DNA of 64,000 nt from Squalus acanthias (taxonomy: Eukaryota), in assembly GCA_030390025.1 (NCBI GenBank), contig CM059432.1:50966001-51030000 (forward strand), given 5' to 3'. The notes beneath the pieces are model-generated. The model made no database searches and had not been told where the DNA came from. It saw only the letters and a list, made by a program, of their open reading frames with translations. A program made the position numbers and the translations under genes. Of the stretch, positions 13,394-25,497 are shown one piece after another; within the stretch, counting starts at the first letter, position 1; the number at the start of each line of letters is the position of its first letter.

Positions 13394-15094
13394 GGGGGGA
13401 ATTTTTTAGGGGGTCAGTGGGCGTGTTCAGTGGCGGGTCAGGTGGGGAAATGTGTTTTTTTTGACAGTGGGTCGGGACCCCGCTGTCAACCTGCCGCCAT
13501 GCGCTTTTCCCAGATGTCGGGTCTGTCAGCTGAACAGACCCGACACGCAGCGGTGGGGGAGGCAATTCAGGTCATTATGACCTTGTTAACAGCCCATTAA
13601 AAAGTATTTTGAGCATTTTACAAGGTCGGCCACGGGGTCCAAGCTGCTCGGGGATCACGTCAGGTAAGCTGGGCGGGAGTTGTATGACCATGGAATCATC
13701 TCATTACTTGACAGCTGCAAATGTGCTATAAAAGCTCCCATCTCACAGCTGTTCACTTTCCAAGCTCAGAAGCTATTGCTTACTGCATTTGGAAGACAGA
13801 TTGAGCTTTATGCAGGTTGCAAGTGTTTGGAGTAAACTCTCTATCCAGTGTCACCTCATTGGAACAATCTCTCTCACCATTGACAGATCGCTTCTGTCAT
13901 CTCAAGTTTGCCTGCCATCTATTACATTAGTATCAGTGCCCTTGAAACTCTCTCATCTTGGTCCTCAGAATCCCACGATGATCAGCCGCGACACCAGCAG
14001 CACCAACAACAACACCAACCTTCTCCGCAATCAACTGATGCTGCACAGGACAGAGGGCATCAGCACCCGACCCCATTGCTGCCCAGGATACCAGGGATGG
14101 CCTCACCATGGCCAGATTTACTTCACTTGATGCTGTACACCCTGGCTGCCACATGATGTGCCAGGTTGACACCACCCTACACCAACACCATAAAGCATCC
14201 CTACAATGCCCAAGCCATTTCTTTCACACTCATGACCATTGCGGGGGTTATCGTTATGTCTCACCATTCACTGCAACTCACTAAGCCACTTCCAAAGGTG
14301 CACACAAAACTGTCCAAGAATGCAAAGTGTTGAAAATAATGATTTCAATGTTTGACAGCACATTACCAGAAACATCACATAAACATTGGCTAAACCACCC
14401 AAGTGCCTACCCTTGTGTGTTGTTAGTTCATATGGTTGGACTAGGATGAGGATGAGTGTGAGGGGTGGCTAGTGAGATGGGGAAGTGATAATGTATATAG
14501 AGAGAGGGGGATGGATGGAGGTGCAAGGTAAGTTGGTGTGAGTAAGGATGTGCAGGAGTAGGGTAGGGAAGGCAGAGTGATGGGGATGTGATGAGTGGCA
14601 CGGCAGGATGAGGTTGAGTGTGGCTTTGCAGTAATGTTTCGTGATCTACTGAGATCATTGAAAGGTTTGCACCACTGCATCCTGGTCCTCCTTCTGTGCA
14701 ATGTGCAACCAGGCTGTGTTGATCTCCTGGGGAGGTCTCTTCTGCCCATTGGAAGGGAAGAGAACCTCCCTGCATGCTGTGACTCCCTCCATGGGAAAGC
14801 CTGGGTGCAGCTGTGCACCTCTGTGCAGTGCTTGTCAGTGTTTGCAGCACCTCAATGCTGTAGAACACTGACAGCACAACTGACAAAGTAAATTTGTGCA
14901 TGGTCCCTTTAAGGAAACCGGCTGATGACGTCAGACCTGCTTCCTTCAATTGGCCGGCAAATGCGCTGGGCGGGCTTAACAAGCCCAATCAGGGGAAAAT
15001 CATTTTGGACAGCGGGCTGGAGCCAGCAGTGGGGTCGGGACCCGCCACCGACGTTGCCCGCCACGGACCCGCCGAGGTTGGTAAAATCCAGCTC
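13394..15094. mobile_element. Non-autonomous Harbinger element with Myb/SANT gene remnant (minus strand, about 14630-14830)
   Basis: TAA TSD (13391-13393, 15095-15097); ends GGGGGGAATTTT / AAAATCCAGCTC shared with 34028-34636; AAPRLS...RTRMQWCKPFNDLSRS. Confidence 0.8.
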
Positions 15095-15938
15095 TAAGTA
15101 GCTGGAGCACCACTACAATATTTAACTGAGTTTACCTTGCAGAATGAATAACTCCTCTGGTTCCTCTGGAAACTGGAGGTTGCATTAGTTCCTTAGTTTA
15201 TTCCAGTTTGTTCCAGGTCTTCAATATGAGATTTATGTTATATAAATCATGATTCAATTCCAATCAACATCAATACTAAAAGGGGCGAGCAGCTGAAGAC
15301 CGGTGGAATTTGCCAATCCAGAGACTTTATTATTCAAAGACATTGCTCGAAAAGGGCAGTTACCCATTATGGACTTTGCTCATTATATTTTTGTGCTGTA
15401 TTGTATCAATAATATTTGACATGAAAAGAGAGAAAATTTGAAGATTGAATTGCAAAGAGTCATTGTAACATAGTTTCTAACATTGGAGTCGATTTTGACT
15501 TTTGGGTGGCCAACCGGCAAAGCAGTTTTGCCCACAGGAATTTTGGTCAGCTGGAACACTGCCGACATCGGTGGGGGGAGGGCGGGGGCGTGGGGGGAGG
15601 GGAAAAGCTGAGAGGGTAAGAGGGTAAGCCTGGGTCGGCAGTGACCCACAGTATTTTTGTGGGGACCAGAGGAGCACTACTTAGCTTTTGAGAGCCTTTT
15701 CAGATCTATCGCCCGTGGAACTGATTGAAGTGTGCATGGCGCACGTTCCAACCAGTTCAATTCTAAAATGGCAATCGGGGTGCTATGTACGTTATAGAAC
15801 CCCATTTGCATATTATAGGGGCCTACCATCTAAAACAGGCAGGCGCATTGGGCGCCCAGCAACAAGCCCCTGTGAAAATCACAGCGGGCTGATTGTTAAC
15901 AGGGCGGTAAAACTACTGTCCCCATTTTTAGGCTCTTA

Positions 15939-16681
15939 GGGGTAAAAATTGAGTCGCGCCCCATTTGGGGCGCTAACCTCGCCGGGGCGCGACTTTTAGC
16001 GCCCCGAAAAAATTAGCGGCCCCGCGCCGGAACTTCAGTGGTTGCGCCCCAAGAGGGAAGCGGGGCGCCACTGGAAGCACCCCGCATCCCTCTTGGGGCG
16101 CTGCGAGTGAATATCCTGGCGCTACGTGCCGCGGTATTGCAGACCTTCCTCCCCTTCTTAAAGGGGAGGGACCCTGTGCAGCGCGAACCGGGGCCCAGCT
16201 GGGCCCCCAGGGATCGGGAGTGCCGGCAAAAGAGCCCGGCACTCAAGAGAAGTGCCGGGCTCTTGGAGCGCAGCCGGCACTTCACGGTGGGGGGGCTTCA
16301 CGGGGGCCGGGGACAGCAACGGGGGCAGGTGCTGGCAGGCGGCCAGCAACAAAAATGGCCGCCTGCCACCTCCCCTTTAAATATCGCCGCCCCGGCCGCA
16401 CGTACGCCTCCCTGAACCCGTCGGACATAGCGTCTGGCGGTAAATCAGGGGGCGCGACTGAAGATCACGGCCGGGGCGCGAGCGGGGTGCTGCGCACGGC
16501 GATGACGTCATCGCCGGCGGCGCAGCGCCACAGGGCGCTACCGGCTGCCGCCGCCGCTAACCTCCCACTAAATTTTTCGGGAGGCGTGGGCGGCGCTGCG
16601 CCCGGGCGTTAGCTGCTTTACGCCCCATTAGCGCCCTCTTAAGGCGCTAACGGGAGGCGCAAGCAGCTGAATTTTTCCCCC
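15939..16681. mobile_element. Young CpG-rich PIF/Harbinger MITE
   Basis: Perfect TTA TSD; TIR GGGGTAAAAATT / AATTTTTCCCCC; termini shared with 43166-44059. Confidence 0.92.
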
Positions 16682-16962
16682 TTACTGTTCTATTAACACT
16701 GATTTTACCAAGTGAATATTGGCCCAGTGAGTGCGTAGTGTTGTAAGCAGAGACCTGAACATAAAGTCAGAAGCATATGTTAAAAATATAGTGGACACAA
16801 AATAAATACATGGGATGTAGACATTCTAGGGGTATGGAGACCATGTGTAATTGACCACTTTGAGTTCATTGGCAAGATATTATGTAACATCAGAATCACA
16901 ACCACATTGTTCTTCAAATGTGACTTTACCAAGATCTTTTCCAATTCAATTTAATGCAGATA

Positions 16963-17559
16963 ACAATTTTTTGAATGCCTGCTCCCTCCCAAACATCCTA
17001 ATTTATGCAACTCAAACAGGAGCCCGCAGAATTCTTTCAGTGTCTGCTGCCTCCTGAGCATACCGATTCAATCGAGATACACGTAGCAGTAATCAGTGAC
17101 CTAAAAATAGACCCTGCAAAGCATTGAATGACTGGCAGTGCATTCAGTATTTGCCAGTTCATCCACTGTCAAATATACAATTCTAAGAGGTCTTGCAAGC
17201 AGTGAGCATGCACCTCACTGAATATATCAACATTGCGGATGGACCTTTCTTCTATGGGGTATGTATAGCAAAATGGTAAACCCACTTATAAAGAATGGGC
17301 TTACAACTTCAAAAGACATGGTGCAGAGAGGAAAACCTCCTGCTGTATCACTTTACACTAATGCAATGGAACCTCAGCATGAAATAATTTCCATCATAAT
17401 CTACTTGCTGGGGAGGGATACAATTATTGCTTATTATGGAGATGAAATCTTACTCTGAATATTTTACATACTGAATATATTTTTAGATCATTGATTGTTA
17501 CTAGGCATACTTTACATAAATTGGTATGTTTGAGAGGGAGCAGGCATTCAAAAAATTGT
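16963..17559. mobile_element. Unclassified element bounded by 48-bp inverted repeats
   Basis: 16963-17010 is the reverse complement of 17512-17559 with about 4 mismatches; no clear TSD. Confidence 0.6.
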
Positions 17560-18009
17560 GAAGAGTCCTGCTTTGTGCTTAATAGACAGCATCAGTTCCC
17601 TTTTGTGCGCTACTGACTCTGACATAGTCTGTTTTCTAAGCACATAGGTTATAAGGCAGTCAGTTTAGAAATTAGGTTGGACCCATTGATATTCTGTTCA
17701 CACTTCCTGTGAATTTGAACCATGAGTATATCTAGTTGCTACATTTCCCTGAACCTGCCATTAATGCCGCCATTGGTCCATTTTTGCAGGTGGCTTCCCT
17801 GGAATTTTGAGAAATAAAGATAAACAGAAAAGGATGAATTTTCAAAAAGTTTATGTGCATGTGTGAAACAGGGTTTACTCATTTGTGTTCAAAATAGTCT
17901 TGTGCATGCAAGATCAATCCCTTCCCCTGTTTCATGCAAGTGCAAAGCTTTTTAAAATGCATTGGCCCTGACCAGTATTAGCCTGGACAAAAGATGGCCA
18001 CCCTAACTA

Positions 18010-19590
18010 GCCTCAACACCCTCAGGGGCCTCAACAACTGCAAGGATCAGTGCTGGGGCCGCAGCTATTTATAATCTATATCAATGACTTAGATGAAGGG
18101 ACAGAGTGTAATAAATCCAAGTTTGCTGATGATACAAAGCTAAGTGGGAAAGTAAGCTGTGAGGAGGGAGGACACAAAGTGGCTGCAAAGGGATATAGAC
18201 TGGTTAAGTGATTGGGCAAGAAGGTGGCAGGTGGAGTATAATGTGGGGAAATGTGAAATTATCCATTTTGGTAGGAAGAATAGAAAAGCGGAATATTTTT
18301 TTAAAAGGTAAGAGTTTAGTTAATGTTGGTATTCAGAGGGATTTGGGTGTTCTTGTATACAAATCACAGGAAGTTAACATGCAGGTACAGCAAGCAATTA
18401 AGAAGGCAAATGGTATGTTAGCCTTTATTGCAAGGGGGTTTGTTTATAAGAGTGAGGAAATCTTGCTGCAATTATAGAGGGCTTTGGTGAGACCACATCT
18501 GGAGTATTGTGTACAGTTTTGGTCTCCTTACCTATTGAAGGATATACTTGCCTTACAGGGGGTGCAACAAAGGCCTCAGGGGCGTCAGCAGCCTCAGGGG
18601 CGTCAGCAGCCTCAGGGAGCAGCGCACAGATACCCTGTGTACTGGGTATGGCTTTCTATGATCAGCGCTAAGACACCAGGTGAGGGAGGGGAGGGGGATG
18701 ATCGTACGAGGCCATATCCAGTACACAGGGTGTACAGACCCAGAATAACGTTCCTGGACCTGACTAAGGAGCAGTGCCGCAGGAGGCTTTGCTTCAGCAG
18801 TCAGACTGTCTCAGACATCTGCAACCTCCTGCAATGGGACCTGCTACATACTACCCACTGTACCAGGGGGCCACACAGGATGGAAGCAGGCTCCTCCATA
18901 CTGTCAGCCATAGTGGTCATATTCCTTGGCAGACCTTCCAATACCTCGTACATCTGGTTGTGTGATTCCAACAGTTTTCTTTTCATGGCTGGGCCCCTGT
19001 AGTCAACTATGTACTCTAGAGCAGAACTGGGTGAGGACCTCGCCCTCCGGTGAACTGTCTCCTGTGCTGTTCCTGCCACCAATACCTGCTGCTGCTCACT
19101 GGTGCTCTGTGACTAACCATGTGCAGATCCCTCAAACTTTATCTCACCCATGCAGAGTACCAGTCTGAGCTGGTGCCTGGGAGGGATGGAACACTTGACG
19201 ATGCATCCTCAGGACGATTATTCTCCTCTCAGGTGTCTTCTTGCGAAGGAAGCTCTTGCTGCTGAGAAGGACCTAGAATAGAGAGAAAAGGGACAAGCTT
19301 CATGATGGGAGATAGAAGCTGCACATTTTCAGGTGATAGTCTTGAGCATATAGCTTGAGGTTGTGCAGCTTGCTGAGGTGAAAGAAAGGTTGTAAGTAAC
19401 ATGCAGACACCCTGCTCTGTATGCTGCCCATCTCGCCTTCCTCGATGGTGCTGGCTCTGCCTGGGTCACTGATCTCCAGGGCATCCTGCTCTGCTTAAGT
19501 GAGGACAATGATGTTCGTTACTCCTCCCCCAGTCTTAATTCTCTCCTTCCCATTGTGCGCTGTCTTGATTTGCAGAAAGAGAGGGGGATG
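18010..19590. mobile_element. Internally deleted Harbinger remnant: transposase N-terminus (+, about 18700-18845) and Myb-gene exons (-)
   Basis: [30 protein letters not shown] on +; KTAHNGKERIKTGGG...LT*AEQDALEIS on - at about 19412-19567. Confidence 0.8.
18041..18573 (+). mobile_element. Internal CR1 RT fragment lacking both ends
   Basis: [17 protein letters not shown]...FADDTKL through [16 protein letters not shown]; no 3' UTR or tail. Confidence 0.9.
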
Positions 19591-19868
19591 AGTATAAAAA
19601 TTTACCTCAAACTGTCTACATCAATGGACCATTCTCTGCTCTTGTTTGAGCTCTGGGCAATGATATTTGAAAACTGCAGTGGATCACTCAAGGTAGAAGA
19701 AAATATGCTTGAATAATAATAAAGGACTCCAATTGTACTCCACTGGCAAACAGAGAACAGTAAGCCAATAGAAAGACTCCACTTGAAGTTTGAACCATTA
19801 AATTAACCTGTCTATCTACAGTTCCTTGCTGCAATACAGATGGTTGTAAAGTATTAGTTAAACATATT

Positions 19869-20619
19869 GGCCCTGAATTTGAGGTCGGAGGTTTCCTGCG
19901 GGCGAATGCCTCTGACCAGCAGAAAATCTACGAACTTACCTGATGGTCCCGGAGCTTCGGAGACTTGCGCTCCTGCGCCTTTATGTGTAGGCCTGTGTAG
20001 AGGCCCATGTATCCCAGGGGCGCAGGCGATTCGCAAGCGCCCCTGGGATCACGTGGGCCGGCCCAACCAATCAAAGAAGGGGGAATCCCTATTCATACTT
20101 ATGGAGGTTCCGTATGTACAGAATCCTCATAGGTATGAGTGGGAATACCACCAAAAATACACGCACACTTCAAATAAATTAAAAAAATATCACATTTAAA
20201 ATTAAACAAAATGGCATTTAATTCAATATTTAAAAAAATGTAATTTTTTGAAAAATAATTTTACATATTTTAAAGGGGCTAAAAATAAACTTATCTTATT
20301 TCACAGGTTTTTAAATGTATAAATTATTGAATTTTTTTTATTTTTCTGTTCTTTAAAAGTCTTACGCTGGTAAAAGCAGGCCATACGCTTTTATCAGGCA
20401 TAAGAATTTCACTGGCATTCGCTGGGCAGAAGTTGGGCAAATAGCCCAACTCTCTGTCCATGGAGGCCCTTTTCCCGGGGAAGCATGTGATCTGTCAAGA
20501 AGATTCTTGACAGATCGCAAGTTCCGGGTTTTAGCGCATGCGCTTCGCATGCTTAAATCCGGAACTTGTGTGGCCCCTACGGGCGCATGCGCACCCGTAG
20601 TGGCTGTAAATTACGGCCC
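19869..20619. mobile_element. Harbinger-type MITE
   Basis: TIRs GGCCCTGAATTT / AAATTACGGCCC; left part homologous (inverted) to 46550-46826. Confidence 0.78.
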
Positions 20620-22279
20620 AGAACGCATAACAAGTGGCATCCCAACATAACTGTTTTTTCATGAACTCCAAAAATTATAAAAGTACCGATTCAAATTTTT
20701 TTTTCTCTGTGAAAACCAACAAGTGTTATAAATAGCCTACGTCAGGGTCCACAATGTCATATTATAAATACTTTCATTCACAAGACTAACCAGAACCTAC
20801 TCGTGGCTTCTTTATCATAGTTATCCAAACTGCTTCATTTAGCAGATATTTAAGATACTTCTAGCCATGGACTAAGGAAGAATTTATTACAGCATTTATA
20901 TAGTGCCTCATCACATCCTCGGGATGTCCCAAGTGCTTCACAAACAAAGCCTCTATGTCGCACTGATCTAAGTCATTGGGATTTGTACTTAAAATGATTA
21001 CAACTCTCGTGTCTAGTGTGTGAATTATGGAGCTTCCCTCCTCAGGAATGAGCAATATAACTGTCTCTGGTGAATGAACCACTACCTCATTACTATTTTC
21101 AAAAGAATACAAGTATATCTGAGAGCATTTTCCAAACCCTTTAAATGATAATTGTAACCTTTCTTCATGCAGTGTAAGTTAGTTCGCTTATCTTACAGGA
21201 ATCAGCTCTGACTTTTGCAGGCACCAGTTCATTTTGGTGCACCAGGGATCTGATAGTACAAAAGGATAAAGCTCACAACACTAATCTAATTATTCTTGAA
21301 ATGCGGTAAAACTGTGGGACAGAAATACCCATAATATCAGCTTTGTTCCATCTCAATTCTTGAGAAAATAGGCTTTGTACTACTACTGCACAGAACTGTG
21401 TGGGCTCATAACCTTATGGCCTGTTACGTGGTCTGTACTGTTTACGAAAACAGCAAAGACAGACTTCAATTATGTGGACCTGGGGTTGGCAGCAGTCAAA
21501 TATTGCAGTGTGCACTGTTTAAGAGGGAAGGCGGCATAATTCTACATTGTACACTATTCTGTGCTTCCTACTGCTCAAGATCAGCTGTTACCTTACCCCA
21601 AATTCGGAATGTCCTACTGCAGTTGGAGCATAAAATTTGTGTCTCTTCACAAAATGCTTGCAAAAATAATATTCTGTACAATTCTAATATTGAACACAAT
21701 GGGGCTGACTATGTGATGCTCGGCAGTGATAGTGCCTGTTGGGCACTAAGGCCTGAAGCCTGCTCTGCATTCATTTTGCACAGCACAGTAATGTGCTGGG
21801 AAAGCATCTGTGGCACCGAGGGCCTGCACAGCAGGCATGCTCATTAAGGCCTCAAAAAAAAAGTTAGTTAGGTCCTTGCACCATAATACAGTCTCAGTGC
21901 TGAACAGCACCACTGGAGTTTAGCATTTAGATATCCAGGCAGTGAATGGTTAGCCCATTCAATTATGTTGGTTCCTATTTCTTAGATGAGAGGCTGCTTT
22001 ATATTTACATCCAGTAGCTGCATGTTGATCCAATGGCATCATTGTTTATTTTACGGTGCCCTTGGGTTTCACTACTGCAATTATCAACACCTTATTAAAG
22101 CTGCACGATCTCAGTGTTGAGTAGGCACAAGACCCACTGTTGGTATATTCTGAACCTTATGTCAATCATCTGAATACGCACTGTCTTGCACAATCTCCCG
22201 TTGTGTGCCATGAGTACTCTGGGCAGCTAATTAATATAAGGATACTATGGCTGGCTTTGGTTAGGTCTGTAAAGTGGCA

Positions 22280-22555
22280 GCGATCTGGGGCGGAGGTAGC
22301 GGTGGCGATCGGGGGGAGGTGGAGGGGTGATCGGGGCGAGGTAGCAGTGATGATCGGTGGGGGTAATGGGGTGATCGGGGGTTAGTGGAGGAGATCGGAG
22401 GAGGTAGTAGCAGTAATCAGGGGGAGGTAGTGGCGGTGATCTGAGGAGATAGCGGTAGCGATCGGGGGGAGGTAGTAGTAGTAGTAATCAGAGGGAGGTA
22501 GCGGTAGTGATCGGGGGTGGTAGCAGTGGGGATCAGGGGATGGAGGTGGCAGCTG
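22280..22555 (+). repeat. Degenerate G-rich tandem repeat (about 21-bp unit GATCGGGGGAGGTAGCGGTRR)
   Basis: Recurring GATCGGGG...AGGTAG units, roughly 12 copies. Confidence 0.7.
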
Positions 22556-22756
22556 ATCTGACTGACCTTTGCCCCTGTGGCATGCTTATTCCCCAAGGGC
22601 AAAGGTTAGGCAAAAGGGGGCAGAAACCCATGACAACGGGATTCCATCCCATTTATGCAGGGGCGGAGCAGCAGCTGCACCTACAAGAGGCACAAGCCCA
22701 ATGTTCTCATTTATAGAAGGCAAGAGAGGGAATTCCCAGCATTCTCACCTGATTTT

Positions 22757-22823
22757 CAGATCAGCCATGATCTCATTGAATAGCAGAACAGGCTCAATGG
22801 CCTACTCCAGTTCCTATTTTCCT
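22757..22823 (+). mobile_element. CR1 3' UTR remnant
   Basis: AGATCAGCCATGATCTCATTGAAT...GGCCTACTCC, as at 52202 and 61557. Confidence 0.65.
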
Positions 22824-24166
22824 GTTGTTTAGCTAGCTAGGGCATCCGTAGCAGATGGTAGAGAGTCTTGCACTTGGCACCCTCTCAAGTAAGAGGGTTA
22901 AAGGGAGCCAAATAGTAGGGCAAGGAATGGTTGGAAAGCCTGCAGCTGTGGTGTTGTTTCCACCACTGTTACCTGGTGCAAATCACTGCCAGGGGTCGGG
23001 CCAGTCCAGGGGTTGTGACCAGGCCATCAAATTCAGTTGCAGTTTGGTCTGGACAGATGCAGCACCTGGGCAAAGGGGACCAGGAAAATCGATCCCACTT
23101 AAACATCGAGCAACAAACCGAAGTCAAATAAATTAACAATCGGGTTGTGAAATGGATGAGAATCATCAGGGAAGATATGTTACTTGAGACCCAAATATGA
23201 TGGCTCAATTTTGTTTTGTGTTTGTGTTATCGTGGCGACTGTACGTTACTGAATAATGATCCACTTCAAGTAAAATATTTTTTTCTTACCTTATATCATT
23301 AGGAGCAATAAGTAAACTTAAAAAATGCTCGATACAGCAAAGACATTACAAGGTGGTCTGAAGGTGATAGAAGTGTAGAGAAGGGGTGGGAACTGAAGCA
23401 ACTAGGTATGTGGCAAGCAGTAGTTCAGCATGGTGCATGGGGGCATGGCTACATGTCATTCTGGAATGTCAACGTGAGTAACCTTCAGCCTCATTGAGTA
23501 AATAAAAGCCCTTGGTGCTTGACAATGAGGCAATGTGATGGTCGTAACTAGAAAGGAGGATTGTTTGCTTTTGGTTGGTTGAAAGTCCTTCATCTGGAAA
23601 GATGTAGAGGGCTATTTTCCCTGCTAAAGTGCTGGTAGTTTAGGTGCTAAAGATTCTCTGAGGTGGCCAAGTTGCGGTCTTGTGCTGCAGCGCCGGGTTA
23701 GCCTATCTTTAGCGCAAGACACCATCTTGGTAAAGGAGTTTAAGCTTGCGCTAAGAACGGCCACCCCGAGGATGATTAAGCCTCTGATTAGCAATTAAGT
23801 TGGCTCCTAATGCTCATTAAAGAAGCTGCGTGACATTTTGCTGACTAGCACTGCAATTAATGACCTCTCCCAACAGCGACCACCTGAACAGGAGTAAAGA
23901 AGTCGTTGGTGAGAATTGCGAGTGCTACTTAAAGCCATGCTCAGCTTTCACTATTCATTTGTTGATTAAGATCGACTGACTGCACTGTGTTTGAAGAGGA
24001 CTTTTGATACACATCGGGAGACTTCCTGAGATACTTTGTCAAGACTTCACCAACACTCTATCAACATTATTTGCAGAAATTCTGTGAGGACTTCACCTAA
24101 AAAGAGTGAGTGCTGTGCTACTCTACCTATTGGAGAACTTCTAGGAGTCACCAGGAGAAAGGGATT

Positions 24167-25297
24167 ATGGGAATCTTGCTAGGGGTCCCCCTTGGTCTTG
24201 AGGAGGAATCAGAGGAGGAGATGAGGCCAGGCAGAGCAGCACCAGCTGCTGGAGGATAGAGGGCGAGGAGGGCTCTCAGCAGGAGGCTCTATCCACCCAG
24301 GGACTTCAGAGAGCACTATTCCTACCGTCACATGACCCAAGACCAGTGTATAAGGAGGCTACGCTTTACCAAGGAGGTCGTCACAGAGATCTGTGGCCTC
24401 GTGGAAGGAAGACTCAGACCTCACAGCACAGCCAGGACTGCATCGCCTGTGGCAGTCAAGGTCACAGTAGCACTTAATCTTTATGCTACTGGAACCTTCC
24501 AGGCTGCCACAGGTGATATCAGTCACATATCACAATCCTCTGTGCACTCTGCATAAGGGAGGTCTCTGCGGCTCTATATGCTCTGAGGAATGACTAAATA
24601 TCTTTCCCTATTGTCAGAGGAGACCAGAGGCAGAGAGCGCTAGGATTTGACATGATTGCAGGATTTCACCATGGGCAGGGAGCCATTGACTTCACACATG
24701 TGACCATGCAAGCCCTTCATTTAAACTCGGAGGTATTTAGGAACAGGAAGGGAACCCATTCCCTCAATGTGCAGCTCTTGTGCGACCACCGGCAACGCAT
24801 CCTGTTGGTGAATGCCTGTTATGCAGGGAGCTGCCACGATGCTTTCATTATGAGACAGTCATCTGTCCCACAGCTCTTTGAGTTTGAGCCCCAATGCAAT
24901 GTGCATGGCTGGCTAGTAGGTGACAAGGGATATCCTCTGCTCCCATGGCTCATGACTCCCATGAGGAACCCTCAGACACCAGCTGAGCACTCATACAATG
25001 AGAGCCACTCTGGCACCAGGAATATCATTGAGCAGACCATTGGGGTCTTCAAGCAGAGGTTGAGATGAGTCAGGAGGTGCCCTGCAGTACTTAGCCAAGA
25101 AGGTCTCCAGAATCGTGCTGACTTGCTGCATGCTCCACAATCTGGTGATCATGAGAGACCAGCCGTTATCACCAACAATTGTAGCAGAGGGTCAAGCTCA
25201 GGAGCCACAAGAGGAGGAGAAGGAAGAAGAGGAGAAAGAGGTTGAGGAGGAGGAGAAAGATGAAGGGGTCCAGGGGAGCACTAGAGGGTCCAGGTAG
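24167..25297 (+). pseudogene. Harbinger DDE transposase (HARBI1-like family) with stops and frameshifts
   Basis: ATG at 24167 in frame with 24332; GAIDFTH, NRKGTHSLNVQLLCD, GSCHDAFI, GDKGYPL, RNIIEQTIGVFKQR, CCMLHN. Confidence 0.92.
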
Positions 25298-25497
25298 ATG
25301 GCCCACACCTGGGAGGGACACTTACCGGCATCTAATTGAGAGATGTCCTCCACCATTAGACTTCGGAGCACTATTACCACATGCCTTACCTTCCACAATG
25401 GAGGATCCATCAAAAAGTCCGCCGTTTGCACTCAATCCTTTCAAACCCTTCCGCATGAAGAACACAATAAAAAAGACCACCAATTCCACCAGTACCC

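Noticed and set aside
17125..17164. miR-34/449-like seed TGGCAGTG in a hairpin
   Set aside because: The hairpin is too short and the sequence after the seed does not resemble the family.
24167..25297. Domesticated HARBI1 gene
   Set aside because: It has multiple stops and frameshifts and sits inside a transposon with its Myb partner.
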